Shown one piece after another: positions 30,381-40,979 of a stretch of DNA of 64,000 nt. Numbering within the stretch: the stretch's first letter is position 1; each line of letters starts with the position of its first letter. Under the pieces are notes generated by a model. The model did not search any database and had not been told where the DNA came from. It saw only the letters and a list, made by a program, of their open reading frames with translations. The DNA is from an uncultured Actinomycetota bacterium (GTDB lineage: Bacteria > Actinomycetota > Actinomycetes > Streptosporangiales > Streptosporangiaceae): positions 114,440 to 178,439 of the forward strand of contig CAWISQ010000003.1 in assembly GCA_963838825.1 (NCBI GenBank), read 5' to 3'. The position numbers and the translations under genes were made by a program.

Positions 30381-31122
30381 TGACCGCGCCCGCGCCGACC
30401 GGGCTGGCGCCCAGCGCCTCGGTCTGCAGCCGGGTCAGCTCGGCGCAGCCGGCCGTGCCGAGGTCGAGCAGGCTGCCGAGCATCGCTCGGGAGAACGGCT
30501 CGCGCTCGGCCGTGCCCTGGATCTCCACGAAGTCGCCGGTGCCGGTGCAGACCACGTTCATGTCGGTCTCGGCAGCCGAGTCTTCCTGGTAGCACAGGTC
30601 AAGCCGGGGCTGGCCGTCCACGATCCCGACCGAGACCGCCGCGACCGAGGCGACCAGCGGGCTGCCCTTCAGCTTGCCGCGCCTGCGGAGCCAGTCGATC
30701 GCGTCCGCGAGGGCCACGTACCCGCCGGTGACCGCGGCCGTCCTGGTGCCGCCGTCGGCCTGCAGCACGTCGCAGTCGATGACGATCGTGTTCTCGCCGA
30801 GGGCCTTGTAGTCAACCGCCGCGCGCAGCGACCGGCCGACCAGCCGGGAGATCTCGTGGGTGCGCCCGCCCAGGCGGCCCTTGACCGACTCCCGGTCGTT
30901 CCTGGTGTTGGTCGCGCGCGGCAGCATCGCGTACTCCGCGGTCACCCAGCCGAGGCCGCTCCCCCGCCGCCACCTCGGCACCTCCTCGGTGACGCTGGCC
31001 GCGCAGAGCACCCGGGTCTTGCCGAACTCCACGAGCACCGACCCCTCGGCGTGATCGAGCCATCCCCGGGTAATCCGCACCGGCCGCAGCGCATCCGCGG
31101 CCCTTCCGTCTGGACGTGTCAT
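30373..31122 (-). CDS. rph: Ribonuclease PH
   Basis: [38 protein letters not shown]. Confidence 0.97.
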   Translation of the reverse strand: MTRPDGRAADALRPVRITRGWLDHAEGSVLVEFGKTRVLCAASVTEEVPRWRRGSGLGWVTAEYAMLPRATNTRNDRESVKGRLGGRTHEISRLVGRSLRAAVDYKALGENTIVIDCDVLQADGGTRTAAVTGGYVALADAIDWLRRRGKLKGSPLVASVAAVSVGIVDGQPRLDLCYQEDSAAETDMNVVCTGTGDFVEIQGTAEREPFSRAMLGSLLDLGTAGCAELTRLQTEALGASPVGAGAVSG

Positions 31123-31207
31123 GAGCCAACCCTACCGGGGTCGCGCCCGAGCGCGCCTGGGGCGGCGGAGCATCAGATGCACGCCCGCAACGGTCGCCGC
31201 CAGGTGA

Positions 31208-31954
31208 TCACGAGAGGTCGATTACCTGTCCCGCGGTCGCCAGGTCAACGTCACCGGTGAAGGACTCCGCCTCGGCGCGGGCGGTGTCCTGATCATTCCA
31301 TGGCAGCAGGTGGGTGAGGATCAGGTGGCCCACGTCTGCCTTGGCCGCGTATCTCCCTGCCTGGCGCGCGGTGAGGTGCAGGTCGGGCGGCAGGTTCGGC
31401 CGTTCGAGGAACGCTGCCTCTGACACGAACACGTCCGCGCCCTTGGCAAGCTCCGTCACCGCCTCGGTCTCGCCCGTGTCGCCCGTGTAGACGAGCGTGC
31501 TGCCGCCGTGCGAGAACCGGAAGCCGAACGTCTCCACCGGATGGTTCATGTGCGCGAACTGGACATCGAATGGGCCGATGGCCCGGCGCCCCGGCGCGAG
31601 CGTCTCGAAGGCGAAGCGCTTCATCAGCCCGCCGTCCCCGCCTGGCCCGTGGATTTCGCCGATCCGCTCACGCGTGCCGGCCGGACCGTAGACCGGGATC
31701 GGCGGCTGCGGCCCGGCCGGGGCGTAGGTCCGCGCGATCGCGTAGGAGTAGAGGTCGACGCAGTGGTCCGCGTGCAGGTGGCTCAGCGCGATGGCGTCCA
31801 CGCCGAACAGCGGCGCGTACCGCTGGAGCGCACCCAGCGAGCCGTTGCCCATGTCGATGACCAGCCGGAAGCCGTCCGCCTCAAGCAGATAGCAGGACGC
31901 CGCGCTCTCGGGACCAGGGATACTCCCGGAGCAGCCGATCACAGTAAGACGCAT
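31208..31954 (-). CDS. MBL-fold metallohydrolase (Rv1339-like)
   Basis: GCSGS, SHLHADH, YTGDT, LTH; conserved position upstream of rph. Confidence 0.88.
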   Translation of the reverse strand: MRLTVIGCSGSIPGPESAASCYLLEADGFRLVIDMGNGSLGALQRYAPLFGVDAIALSHLHADHCVDLYSYAIARTYAPAGPQPPIPVYGPAGTRERIGEIHGPGGDGGLMKRFAFETLAPGRRAIGPFDVQFAHMNHPVETFGFRFSHGGSTLVYTGDTGETEAVTELAKGADVFVSEAAFLERPNLPPDLHLTARQAGRYAAKADVGHLILTHLLPWNDQDTARAEAESFTGDVDLATAGQVIDLS

Positions 31955-32005
31955 GAGAAAGATTGTGCCCCACGGGAAGACCCCAGGTCATGAGCCTGCG
32001 GCCCA

Positions 32006-32971
<966 letters not shown>

Positions 32972-32993
32972 CTAAATGTTTTGAGCCTTTTGC

Positions 32994-33272
32994 CTACCGC
33001 GACCCGCCGGCCACCGCCGGCAGCACCGTCACCGTGTCGCCGTCCTTGACCGGGGTCTCGAGGCCGCCGAGGAAGCGGACATCCTCGTCGTTGAGGTACA
33101 CGTTGACGAAACGGCGGAGCTTCTCGCCGTCGACGAGCCGCTCGCGCAGGCCGCCATGGGCGGCGTCAAGGTTGTTGAGCAGCTCGTCCAGCGTGGCGCC
33201 GGACCCCTCAACCGCCTTGGCGCCGCCGGTGTAGCTGCGCAGGATCGTGGGGATGCGAACCTCAATGGCCAT
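32994..33272 (-). CDS. cysO: Ubiquitin-like sulfur carrier CysO (MoaD/ThiS family)
   Basis: IPTILR, FVNVYLNDEDVRF, ends AVAGG-SR (masked di-Gly, a substrate for the Mec peptidase). Confidence 0.9.
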   Translation of the reverse strand: MAIEVRIPTILRSYTGGAKAVEGSGATLDELLNNLDAAHGGLRERLVDGEKLRRFVNVYLNDEDVRFLGGLETPVKDGDTVTVLPAVAGGSR

Positions 33273-33299
33273 GTGAACAACGCTCCTAGGTGAACTTCT

Positions 33300-33743
33300 T
33301 TACGCCATGGATGGGAACCTTGGCCGGGGCCCGATTAATTCCTGGATCTGAACGGGTTCCTCGGTGACCTCGCCGTCGATGATCCGGTACGAGCGGAATT
33401 CGGTGTCGGACTCATCGCGGGTTGACACGAGGACGTAGTGGGCCTGCGGCTCGCTGGCGTAGGAGATGTCGGTCCGGGACGGGTAGGCCGGGGTCGCGGT
33501 GTGGGAGTGGTAGACCACGATGGCCTCCTCGTCCCTGTCGTCCATCTCGCGCCACACCTTCAGCTGCTCGAGCGAGTCGAACCGGTAGAAGGTGGGCGAG
33601 CGCTCGGCGTTCTGCATCGGGATGAACCGGACCGGGCGGTCGCTGCCCTCCGGGCCCGCGATGACGCCGCAGGCCTCGTCCGGGTGGTCCTTGCGGGCGT
33701 GCTCGATGATCTTCTCGTAGAGCGCGCGCGAGATCGTCAGCAT
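33300..33743 (-). CDS. mec: JAB/M67 CysO-cysteine peptidase
   Basis: PDEACG and JAMM motif YHSHTATPAYPSRTD; adjacent to cysO-cysM. Confidence 0.9.
   Translation of the reverse strand: MLTISRALYEKIIEHARKDHPDEACGVIAGPEGSDRPVRFIPMQNAERSPTFYRFDSLEQLKVWREMDDRDEEAIVVYHSHTATPAYPSRTDISYASEPQAHYVLVSTRDESDTEFRSYRIIDGEVTEEPVQIQELIGPRPRFPSMA
33316..33342 (-). promoter_or_regulatory. Putative SigR/SigH promoter for cysO-cysM inside the 3' end of mec
   Basis: Minus strand GGAAT-N19-GTT; cysO-cysM are known SigR/SigH targets in actinobacteria. Confidence 0.5.
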
Positions 33744-33754
33744 GATCGCTGAGA

Positions 33755-34336
33755 CTACCGGCCGAGCGCGTGGACCAGAGACTCCTGCACCGCGCCGAGC
33801 CAGCCGTAGACCTCGAACGCGGGCAGCCTCGGGTCCTTCGGGTCGAGCGCCGCGAGCTGGTCCTCGAAGTCCTCGGTCACCTCGAGCCGGACGCCGAACA
33901 TCAGCCGGATGTCGTTCAGCGCCCGCAGCCAGTCCCTGGCCTGGTCGCCGGTCAGCCTGATCTTGCCGCCCTCCGGCGGCAGCGTCTCCAGCAGGGTCTG
34001 CGCGAAGTACTTCTTGGCCTCGCGGAGCGAGGACTCGGTGTACTTGCGGAACTCGGCCGCCTTCTCCGGGTCGTCCTTGTAGGCGTCGGGCAGCAGCCGG
34101 GCGACCGCCGGGTCGGCCGACAGCTCCGGCGCGGGCTCGTCGGGCGAGCCGAACTGCCGTTCCAGGTCGGCGAAGAGGTCAGCCGACTCGTCCGGCACGG
34201 CCGCCTCCGACGGCGGCGACGGCCGCTCGGGGTCGGTCAGCAGATCCATGACCGGGACGACGAGGGAGCGCAGCAGCGTCGCCTCACCGCCCGACAGCCT
34301 GACGGTGACGCCGCCATCCCTGGTGGACCGGAACAT
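33755..34336 (-). CDS. DUF2017 protein (Rv1332/AosR-like)
   Basis: DPAVARLLPDAY, EFRKYTE, WLRALNDIRL, YGWLGAVQESLV; lies between clpS and mec. Confidence 0.85.
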   Translation of the reverse strand: MFRSTRDGGVTVRLSGGEATLLRSLVVPVMDLLTDPERPSPPSEAAVPDESADLFADLERQFGSPDEPAPELSADPAVARLLPDAYKDDPEKAAEFRKYTESSLREAKKYFAQTLLETLPPEGGKIRLTGDQARDWLRALNDIRLMFGVRLEVTEDFEDQLAALDPKDPRLPAFEVYGWLGAVQESLVHALGR

Positions 34337-34342
34337 CTCTAC

Positions 34343-34633
34343 CTACGCATCCTGGCGCACGGTCGCCCACAGGCCGTAGCCGTGCAGCACCTCGACGTTG
34401 CGCTCCATGGCCTCGCGGGTACCGCTCGCGACCACGGCCCTGCCCTTGCGGTGCACATCGAGCATCAGCTTCTCCGCCTTCGGCCGGGAGTAGCCGAAGA
34501 CGTGCTCGAAGACATATGTCACATACGACATCAGATTTACCGGGTCGTTCCAAACAATCGTCAGCCAGGGCTTATCCGGCACCGATTCGTCCGCTGATCG
34601 CGGCAAATCCAGCTCAGCGGGTGCCACGCTCAC
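34343..34633 (-). CDS. clpS: Clp protease adaptor ClpS
   Basis: [29 protein letters not shown]. Confidence 0.93.
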   Translation of the reverse strand: MSVAPAELDLPRSADESVPDKPWLTIVWNDPVNLMSYVTYVFEHVFGYSRPKAEKLMLDVHRKGRAVVASGTREAMERNVEVLHGYGLWATVRQDA

Positions 34634-34667
34634 TCGCAGCCACCTCCCTGTCCGTAGTCTTCCACCT

Positions 34668-36029
34668 GTGACCACACCGGCGAACAGCGGGACCACCGCG
34701 CTGCTGACAGACCACTATGAACTCACCATGCTCCAGGCCGCCTTGCACAGCGGCGCCGCTTCGCGACGCGCGGTCTTCGAGGTTTTCGCCCGCCATCTGC
34801 CGCACGGCCGCCGCTACGGCGTCGTGGCCGGCACCGGCCGGCTGCTCGACGCGCTGGAGCGGTTCCGTTTCTGGCCGGCCGAGCTGTCCTTTTTGCGGGA
34901 TAATCGGATCGTAGACGAGACCACGCTCCAATACCTGTCATCGTATCGGTTCGCGGGCAACGTCTGGGGCTACGCCGAGGGCGACGTGTACTTTCCGGGG
35001 TCGCCGATCCTGGTCGTCGAGGGCACGTTCGCCGAGTCGGTGCTGCTTGAGACCGTCGTGCTGTCGATACTCAACCACGACTGCGCGGTCGCGTCGGCGG
35101 CCTCCCGGATGGTGACCGCCGCCGGCGGTCCGGGGCCGGGCGGCAGGCCGCTGATCGAGATGGGGTCCCGGCGCACCCACGAGAGCGCGGCGGTGGCGGC
35201 GGCGCGGGCCGCCTACATCGCCGGGTTCTCGTCCACGTCGAACCTTCAGGCCCGCTATACCTACGGGGTGCCGTCGTCCGGCACGTCAGCCCACGCGTTC
35301 ACGCTCGCCCACGACAGCGAGCGCGACGCGTTCGTCGCCCAGCTCTCCTCCCTCGGCCACGGGACCACCCTGCTGGTGGACACCTACGACGTCGAGCGCG
35401 GGGTGCGGGCCGCGGTCGAGGCGGCCGGGGACTCCCTCGGCGCGGTCCGGATCGACAGCGGCGACCTGCCCGCGCTCGGGGTCTCGGTGCGGGCGCTGCT
35501 CGACTCGCTCGGGGCGAAGTCGACCAGGATCATCCTCACCGGCGATCTCGACGAGTACTCGATCGCCGGCCTCGCGGTCGCGCCGGTCGACGGCTACGGG
35601 GTCGGCACCTCGCTCGTCACCGGGTCGGGAGCGCCGACCGCGGCGCTCGTCTACAAGCTGGTGGCGCGGTCCGACGAGCCGCTCGCGGACGGCGACCCGG
35701 CCGGGCCGGGCGGCCTGCGGCCGGTGGCGAAGCGGTCGGTCGGCAAGCCGGGGCGCGGCGGGCGCAAGTGGGCGGTGCGGGAGCGCAACCCGGCCGGCGA
35801 GGCGGTGGCCGAGCGGATCTGGCTGTCGCCGCCGGAGGCGACGCCTACTGCCCGTTTCCTGCTCCAGGAGCTGGTCCGGGACGGGAAGATCGTCGGGCGG
35901 GAGCCGATCGAGGCCGCGCGGGCGCGGCACACCGAGGTGCTGGCCGAGCTCCCCTCGTACGCGATGCAGCTGTCGCGCGGGTACCCGGCGATCCCGACCG
36001 TCTTCGGCCCGGACCGCGAGGACGGCTGA
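34668..36029 (+). CDS. pncB: Nicotinate phosphoribosyltransferase
   Basis: [46 protein letters not shown]. Confidence 0.95.
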   Translation: MTTPANSGTTALLTDHYELTMLQAALHSGAASRRAVFEVFARHLPHGRRYGVVAGTGRLLDALERFRFWPAELSFLRDNRIVDETTLQYLSSYRFAGNVWGYAEGDVYFPGSPILVVEGTFAESVLLETVVLSILNHDCAVASAASRMVTAAGGPGPGGRPLIEMGSRRTHESAAVAAARAAYIAGFSSTSNLQARYTYGVPSSGTSAHAFTLAHDSERDAFVAQLSSLGHGTTLLVDTYDVERGVRAAVEAAGDSLGAVRIDSGDLPALGVSVRALLDSLGAKSTRIILTGDLDEYSIAGLAVAPVDGYGVGTSLVTGSGAPTAALVYKLVARSDEPLADGDPAGPGGLRPVAKRSVGKPGRGGRKWAVRERNPAGEAVAERIWLSPPEATPTARFLLQELVRDGKIVGREPIEAARARHTEVLAELPSYAMQLSRGYPAIPTVFGPDREDG

Positions 36030-36088
36030 CCGGCGCGCCCCGTGAGGTGGCGCGTGGCCCAGGGGGCATAACCAGGGCGGGCGGCGGC

Positions 36089-36481
36089 TCAGGCGGGGCT
36101 GGCGACGGGGAGGCCCGCGCCTTCGGCGGCGTCGAGCAGCTGCTTGTCATAGCTGACGAAGGCGGTCAGGTCCCGCCTGATGGTCAGCGCCGAGACGAGA
36201 TGGATGGCGGCCGTGGTGCCGAGGCTGGCCGGGGCCTGGGTGGCGGCGTTGTCGAGCAGATCATGGGTGAGCGAGACGACCGAGACCCGCCGGATGATGC
36301 GCTGCGCGCGGGGCAGCGCACCGGGCTCGGACCGCCAGATGGCACGGAGCACCTCGGCCCGGTGCAGGGTGCTCGAGACCAGGTCCTGGCCCGGGCGGGT
36401 CGCCAGGTAGCTGGTGAGCGCGGCCGACTCGGGCTCCGAGAGGGCGAGCTTGACCAGGGCCGAGGAGTCGAGGTAGATCAC
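36089..36481 (-). CDS. vapC: VapC-type PIN-domain toxin; third conserved acidic residue reads Ala
   Basis: IYLDSSALVKL, AEV, AIHL, SYDKQL; 4-nt overlap with the upstream antitoxin. Confidence 0.88.
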   Translation of the reverse strand: MIYLDSSALVKLALSEPESAALTSYLATRPGQDLVSSTLHRAEVLRAIWRSEPGALPRAQRIIRRVSVVSLTHDLLDNAATQAPASLGTTAAIHLVSALTIRRDLTAFVSYDKQLLDAAEGAGLPVASPA

Positions 36482-36882
36482 GGCCGCCCCGTCCCGGTGC
36501 CGTCGCCGTCCTCGCCGGCCCGCAGCCGTCCGAGCACGTCGCTCGCGGTGGGGCCGCCGGCCGGGCCGAGATACGGCTCGATCTCGAGGACGCTGCCGTC
36601 GTCCTCCGCGCGCTCGATGACCCCCTTGGCGATCCAGCGCTCGAGCGGGCTCTCCGGGTCGCGCACCGGCACCATCTGGGCCACCAGCCGCCCGCGGTTG
36701 GTGATGTCCACCGTGTAGCCGCGCTCTACCAGGTCAACGTAGACGCTGGCGTGCTGTCGCAGCTCGCGGATGCCGATCCGCTGTGAGGGCAGGTTGCTCG
36801 TAGTGTGGTGCACGGGATCGCCCGAGTACCCAAGATCCGGGTTGAGCGGCTTGCCCCGGCGCCGGTCGCCCTTCTGTGGCAT
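36478..36882 (-). CDS. Phd/YefM family antitoxin with N-terminal extension
   Basis: IGIRELRQHAS, ITNRGRLVA; directly upstream of the PIN gene; start uncertain. Confidence 0.85.
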   Translation of the reverse strand: MPQKGDRRRGKPLNPDLGYSGDPVHHTTSNLPSQRIGIRELRQHASVYVDLVERGYTVDITNRGRLVAQMVPVRDPESPLERWIAKGVIERAEDDGSVLEIEPYLGPAGGPTASDVLGRLRAGEDGDGTGTGRP

Positions 36883-36891
36883 GGAGGAACG

Positions 36892-36938
36892 GTAGCACAT
36901 TAAATGCTACACTGGAGGATATTTAGCGCAACATGTTG
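36892..36938. promoter_or_regulatory. Inverted repeats in the TA promoter (putative autoregulatory operators)
   Basis: GTAGCA-N7-TGCTAC (36892-36910) and perfect palindrome GCAACATGTTGC (36927-36938). Confidence 0.55.
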
Positions 36939-37004
36939 CCAGCGCGCCCGCACGCGCTCAATATGGGGCGCAGATCACGTCGACCGATGAGGCAAGATAG
37001 AGAC

Positions 37005-37965
37005 ATGCAGACGCCGCGGGACTTCTCCATGTACGGTGCCGTCGATCTCGGCGCGCGGCAGGCCGCCGCGCAGCGCAGGCAGCAGCAGGCGGCCCGCGCC
37101 GCCGACGCGGGCACCGACGGCGACGACGCCGGCCAGGCGTCGGCGTTCGTGTTCGAGGTGACGGAAGAGACCTTCAACACCGATGTCGTGCTCCGGTCGC
37201 GGACGACCCCGGTCATCGTGGACCTGTGGGCCGAGTGGTGCGGTCCGTGCAAGCAGCTCAGCCCGGTGCTCGAGAAGCTGGCCAACGAGGCCGCCGGGGC
37301 CTGGGTGCTGGCCAAGGTCGACGTCGACGCGAACCCCCGGCTCGCCCAGGCGTTCCAGGCCCAGTCGATCCCGATGGTGGTGGCGATCGTCGGCGGCCAG
37401 ATGGTGGACGCGTTCCTCGGCGCGATGCCCGAGGCCCAGGTCTCGCAGTGGCTCACCCAGATTCTCGCGGTGGCCGACCAGATCGGCGTCCAGGGCGGCG
37501 AACCCGGCGCGCCGGGCGAGGACGGCGAGGACGGCGAGGCGGTCGACGACCTGCCGCCCGCGCTCGCGGCGGCCAGGGACGCGATGGAGACCGGCGACCT
37601 CGACGCCGCCGGCCGGGCGCTGGAGAAGGCGCTCGTCGACGCCCCGGCCGACCCGCTCGCCAAGAGCTGGCTGGCGCAGGTGAACCTGATGCGACGGGTG
37701 TCGTCGGCTGACCCGGCCACCGCCAGCAGGGACGCGGCCGCCTCGCCGGACGACATCGGCGCGCAGCTGCTGATGGCCGACTTCCAGATGGCGAGCGGGG
37801 ACGCGGACCAGGCGTTCGACCGGGTCCTCGGGGTGATCAAGCGAACCTCGGGCGTCAGAGCGGAACACGGCCCGCCTCCACCTGCTGGACCTGTTCGAGG
37901 TCCTGCCGCCGGGCGACGACCGGGTGAAGAAGGCCCGCACCCAGCTCGGGCTGCTGCTGTTCTGA
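37005..37965 (+). CDS. Thioredoxin-TPR co-chaperone (YbbN/CnoX-like); frameshift near 37860
   Basis: YGAVDL, WAEWCGPCKQLSP, LAKVDVD; C-terminus ARLHLLDLFEVL...VKKARTQLGLLLF* is in another frame. Confidence 0.88.
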
Positions 37966-38015
37966 GCCGCGGGTCCGCCGGCGCAGGCCCTAAAACCCGG
38001 GTCAGCGGCCCGGCG

Positions 38016-38453
38016 CTAGCCTCGGGCCGGGCGATGGGGGGCAGGATCGGGGTCGGCCAGCGCCTCGAGAGCCGGGAGCGCGTCCGCCAGCGCGATCCGC
38101 TGCTCCGGGGTCAGCAGCATCACCCGCTGGGCGAGCAGGGCGGAGTTCTCCGCTCGCAGCCGTTCCAGCGTCTCGTGCCCGAGCACCGTGATCGCCAGCG
38201 TCGAGGCGCGGGCGTCCTTCGGGTCGGCGTCCCGGCGGACGTAGCCGAGCTCCTCGAGCACCGCCACCAGCCGGGTTAGCGTGGACGGGGCGATGCCCTC
38301 GGCCGCCGCCAGGTCGCCCAGCCGGAGCGGGCCGGCCTGCTCCACGGTCGACAGCGCCGCCAGCTGGGTCGGCGTCAGGCCCGCGAGCTCGTGCCGGCGG
38401 AGCCGTCGCGCGAGCCGGGCGAGCGCAACGCGCAGCCGTGTTACATCGATCAC
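38016..38453 (-). CDS. MarR family regulator
   Basis: LTPTQLAALST, LGDLAAAEGIAPSTLTRLV, DPKDAR. Confidence 0.9.
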   Translation of the reverse strand: MIDVTRLRVALARLARRLRRHELAGLTPTQLAALSTVEQAGPLRLGDLAAAEGIAPSTLTRLVAVLEELGYVRRDADPKDARASTLAITVLGHETLERLRAENSALLAQRVMLLTPEQRIALADALPALEALADPDPAPHRPARG

Positions 38454-38631
38454 GCCGCCTTCCGCGCTTATCACGCTCGGCCGGCCGCCGACGGGCTTAT
38501 CGTAGTGTCCCGCGCCATGCATGAAGGTTACGCGGTGTCGCGCGGACCTCATACTCTAGAACCCTGGCTCTTTGCGCGCAGTCGTGCGCAGGTCGGGCGG
38601 ACAGTGTCGTCCCGGAAAGGCGGTAGCTGAC

Positions 38632-40020
38632 GTGACGATGGCGCCGAGCGTGTCGTATTCGATTACGGCACGGCTGGAAGTTGCCTCGCACGGCCGTGCG
38701 GTGAGCGAGATCACCCGGACCGTGGAGCAGGCCGGCGGCCTGGTAACTGCCATCGACGTCAACTCGGGTAACAGCGGCAAGCTGCGGGTGGACGTGACCT
38801 GCGCCGCGACCGACACGGCGCACGCCGAGTCGCTGGTCGCGGCGATGGCCGCGATCCCCGGGGTGACGGTGCACAAGGTCAGCGACCGCACCTTCCTGCT
38901 GCACCTCGGCGGCAAGATCGAGATGCGGTCCAAGGTCCCGCTGCGCAACCGCGACGACCTGTCGATGGCCTACACGCCGGGCGTGGCGCGGGTGAGCCTC
39001 GCCCTGGCGGCCAAGCCGGAGGACGCCCGCCGCCTCACGATCAAGCGCAACAGCGTCGCCGTGGTGACCGACGGGTCGGCCGTGCTCGGCCTCGGCAACG
39101 TCGGCCCGTACGCGGCGCTGCCGGTCATGGAGGGCAAGGCGGCGCTGTTCAAGCGGTTCGCGAACATCGACGCGTGGCCGATCTGCCTCGACACCCAGGA
39201 CACCGATCAGATCGTCGCCACCGTCGCCGCCATCGCCCCCGGGTTCGGCGGGATCAACCTGGAGGACATCTCGGCGCCGCGATGCTTCGAGGTCGAGCGG
39301 CGGCTGCGGGCGATGCTGGACATCCCGGTGTTCCACGATGACCAGCACGGGACCGCGATCGTGGTGCTCGCCGCGCTGACCAACGCGCTGCGGGTGGTGG
39401 GGAAGGAACTGCGGGACGTCAAGATCGTCATGGCGGGCGCGGGCGCGGCCGGCACCGCGGTCCTGAAGCTGCTGCTCACCGCCGGGGCCAGGAACGTGAC
39501 CTCGTGCGACGTGGACGGCGCGGTCTACCGCGGCCGACCGGGGCTGAACGAGAGCCTCAGCTGGATCGCCGAGCACACCAACGCCGCGGGTTACCCGGGC
39601 GACCTGAAGGGCGCGGTCGTCGACGCGGACGTGTTCATCGGCGTGTCCGCGCCGAACGTGCTGGCCGGGGACGACGTCAAGACGATGAGCCCCGGCGCGA
39701 TCGTGTTCGCGCTCGCCAACCCCGACCCCGAGGTGGACCCGGACGAGGCGCGCGAGTACGCGGCCGTCGTCGCCACCGGCCGCAGCGACTACCCGAACCA
39801 GATCAACAACGTGCTGGCGTTCCCGGGCGTGTTCCGCGGCCTGCTCGACGCGCAGTCGACCAGGATCACCGACACCATGCTGGTGGCGGCCGCGCGGGCG
39901 CTGGCCGACGTGGTTCCGGCCGAGGAACTCGGCCCCGACTACATCATCCCGTCGGTATTCCATCCCGACGTCGCCACCGGGGTGGCCGCCGCCGTCCGCG
40001 AGGCGGCGCTGGCGGAGTAG
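38632..40020 (+). CDS. Malic enzyme with N-terminal ACT domain
   Basis: YTPGVA, VTDGSAVLGLG, MEGKA, NLEDISAP, FHDDQHGT, GAGAAG, TGRSDYPNQINN. Confidence 0.93.
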   Translation: MTMAPSVSYSITARLEVASHGRAVSEITRTVEQAGGLVTAIDVNSGNSGKLRVDVTCAATDTAHAESLVAAMAAIPGVTVHKVSDRTFLLHLGGKIEMRSKVPLRNRDDLSMAYTPGVARVSLALAAKPEDARRLTIKRNSVAVVTDGSAVLGLGNVGPYAALPVMEGKAALFKRFANIDAWPICLDTQDTDQIVATVAAIAPGFGGINLEDISAPRCFEVERRLRAMLDIPVFHDDQHGTAIVVLAALTNALRVVGKELRDVKIVMAGAGAAGTAVLKLLLTAGARNVTSCDVDGAVYRGRPGLNESLSWIAEHTNAAGYPGDLKGAVVDADVFIGVSAPNVLAGDDVKTMSPGAIVFALANPDPEVDPDEAREYAAVVATGRSDYPNQINNVLAFPGVFRGLLDAQSTRITDTMLVAAARALADVVPAEELGPDYIIPSVFHPDVATGVAAAVREAALAE

Positions 40021-40058
40021 GCGCAACCAGATCGCCCCCGGTCGATCGTGGTGGTTAC

Positions 40059-40700
40059 ATGGATCTCATGGGTTCGGATCCGAAGGCTGGCCGACTGCTC
40101 GTCGCGACTCCGCTGCTCGAGGATCCGAACTTCCGCCGCGCGGTGGTCCTCATCGTGGAGCACGAGGACGTCCAGGGCACGCTCGGGGTGGTGCTGAACC
40201 GGCCGACCGCGGTCGGCGTCGGGCAGGTGCTCGAGCAGTGGACCGAGCTCGCGACCGAGCCCTCGGTAGTGTTCCGCGGCGGCCCGGTCGCGCCCAACAG
40301 CGCGCTGGCGCTGGCGATGGTCCCGGGCAACGACGAGCCGATCGGCTGGCGCCCGCTCGACGGCGCCCCCGCGCTGGCCCGGCTCGGCCTGCTCGACCTG
40401 GACACCCCGCCGCGGCTGCTGGCCCCGGCCATCACCAGCCTGCGGGTCTACGTGGGCTACGCGGGCTGGTCTCCCGGCCAGCTCGAGGCGGAGATCGACG
40501 AGGGCGCCTGGTACGTCCTCGGCGCCCAGCCGGGCGACGTCTTCGCCGGCCACCCCGACCGCCTGTGGCGGCAGGTGCTGCGCCGCCAGGAGGGCGACCT
40601 GGCGTTCCTCGCCACCTACCCGGACGACCCGGCGCAGAATTTACCGGCCGTGGCCGGCCGCTCGGGGGGTCGTCCCACAGCAAGCCCGCCGGGTAGGTAA
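40059..40700 (+). CDS. YqgE/AlgH (UPF0301) family protein
   Basis: GRLLVATP, DPNFRRAV, GVVLNRP, GGPV, GYAGWSPGQLEAEI. Confidence 0.9.
   Translation: MDLMGSDPKAGRLLVATPLLEDPNFRRAVVLIVEHEDVQGTLGVVLNRPTAVGVGQVLEQWTELATEPSVVFRGGPVAPNSALALAMVPGNDEPIGWRPLDGAPALARLGLLDLDTPPRLLAPAITSLRVYVGYAGWSPGQLEAEIDEGAWYVLGAQPGDVFAGHPDRLWRQVLRRQEGDLAFLATYPDDPAQNLPAVAGRSGGRPTASPPGR
40661..40681 (+). repeat. Truncated copy C of the G6/C6 REP-like element
   Basis: CTCGGGGGGTCGTCCC followed by ACAGC; matches the core and 3' flank of copy A. Confidence 0.5.
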
Positions 40701-40709
40701 ACTCGAACC

Positions 40710-40979
40710 GTGAGCACCGAAGTAATGCCTGAGGGCGACCTGAAGGTACATGAGGACCGCAAGGTCGATACTTCGCATGGCGATCACGAGCGGTTCGCGC
40801 ACTACGTCGACAAGAACGACATGATGAACGCGACCGTGTTCGGCACGCCGATCAAGGCGCTGTGCGGCAAGGTCTGGGTGCCGAGCCGGGACCCGAAGAA
40901 GTACCCGGTGTGCCCGGAGTGCAAGGAGATTTACGAGTCGCTGCCGCCGGGCGACGACGGCGACGGCGCTGCGGAGTAG
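40710..40979 (+). CDS. DUF3039 family protein
   Basis: GDHERFAHYV, ALCGKVW, PVCPECKEIY. Confidence 0.92.
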   Translation: MSTEVMPEGDLKVHEDRKVDTSHGDHERFAHYVDKNDMMNATVFGTPIKALCGKVWVPSRDPKKYPVCPECKEIYESLPPGDDGDGAAE

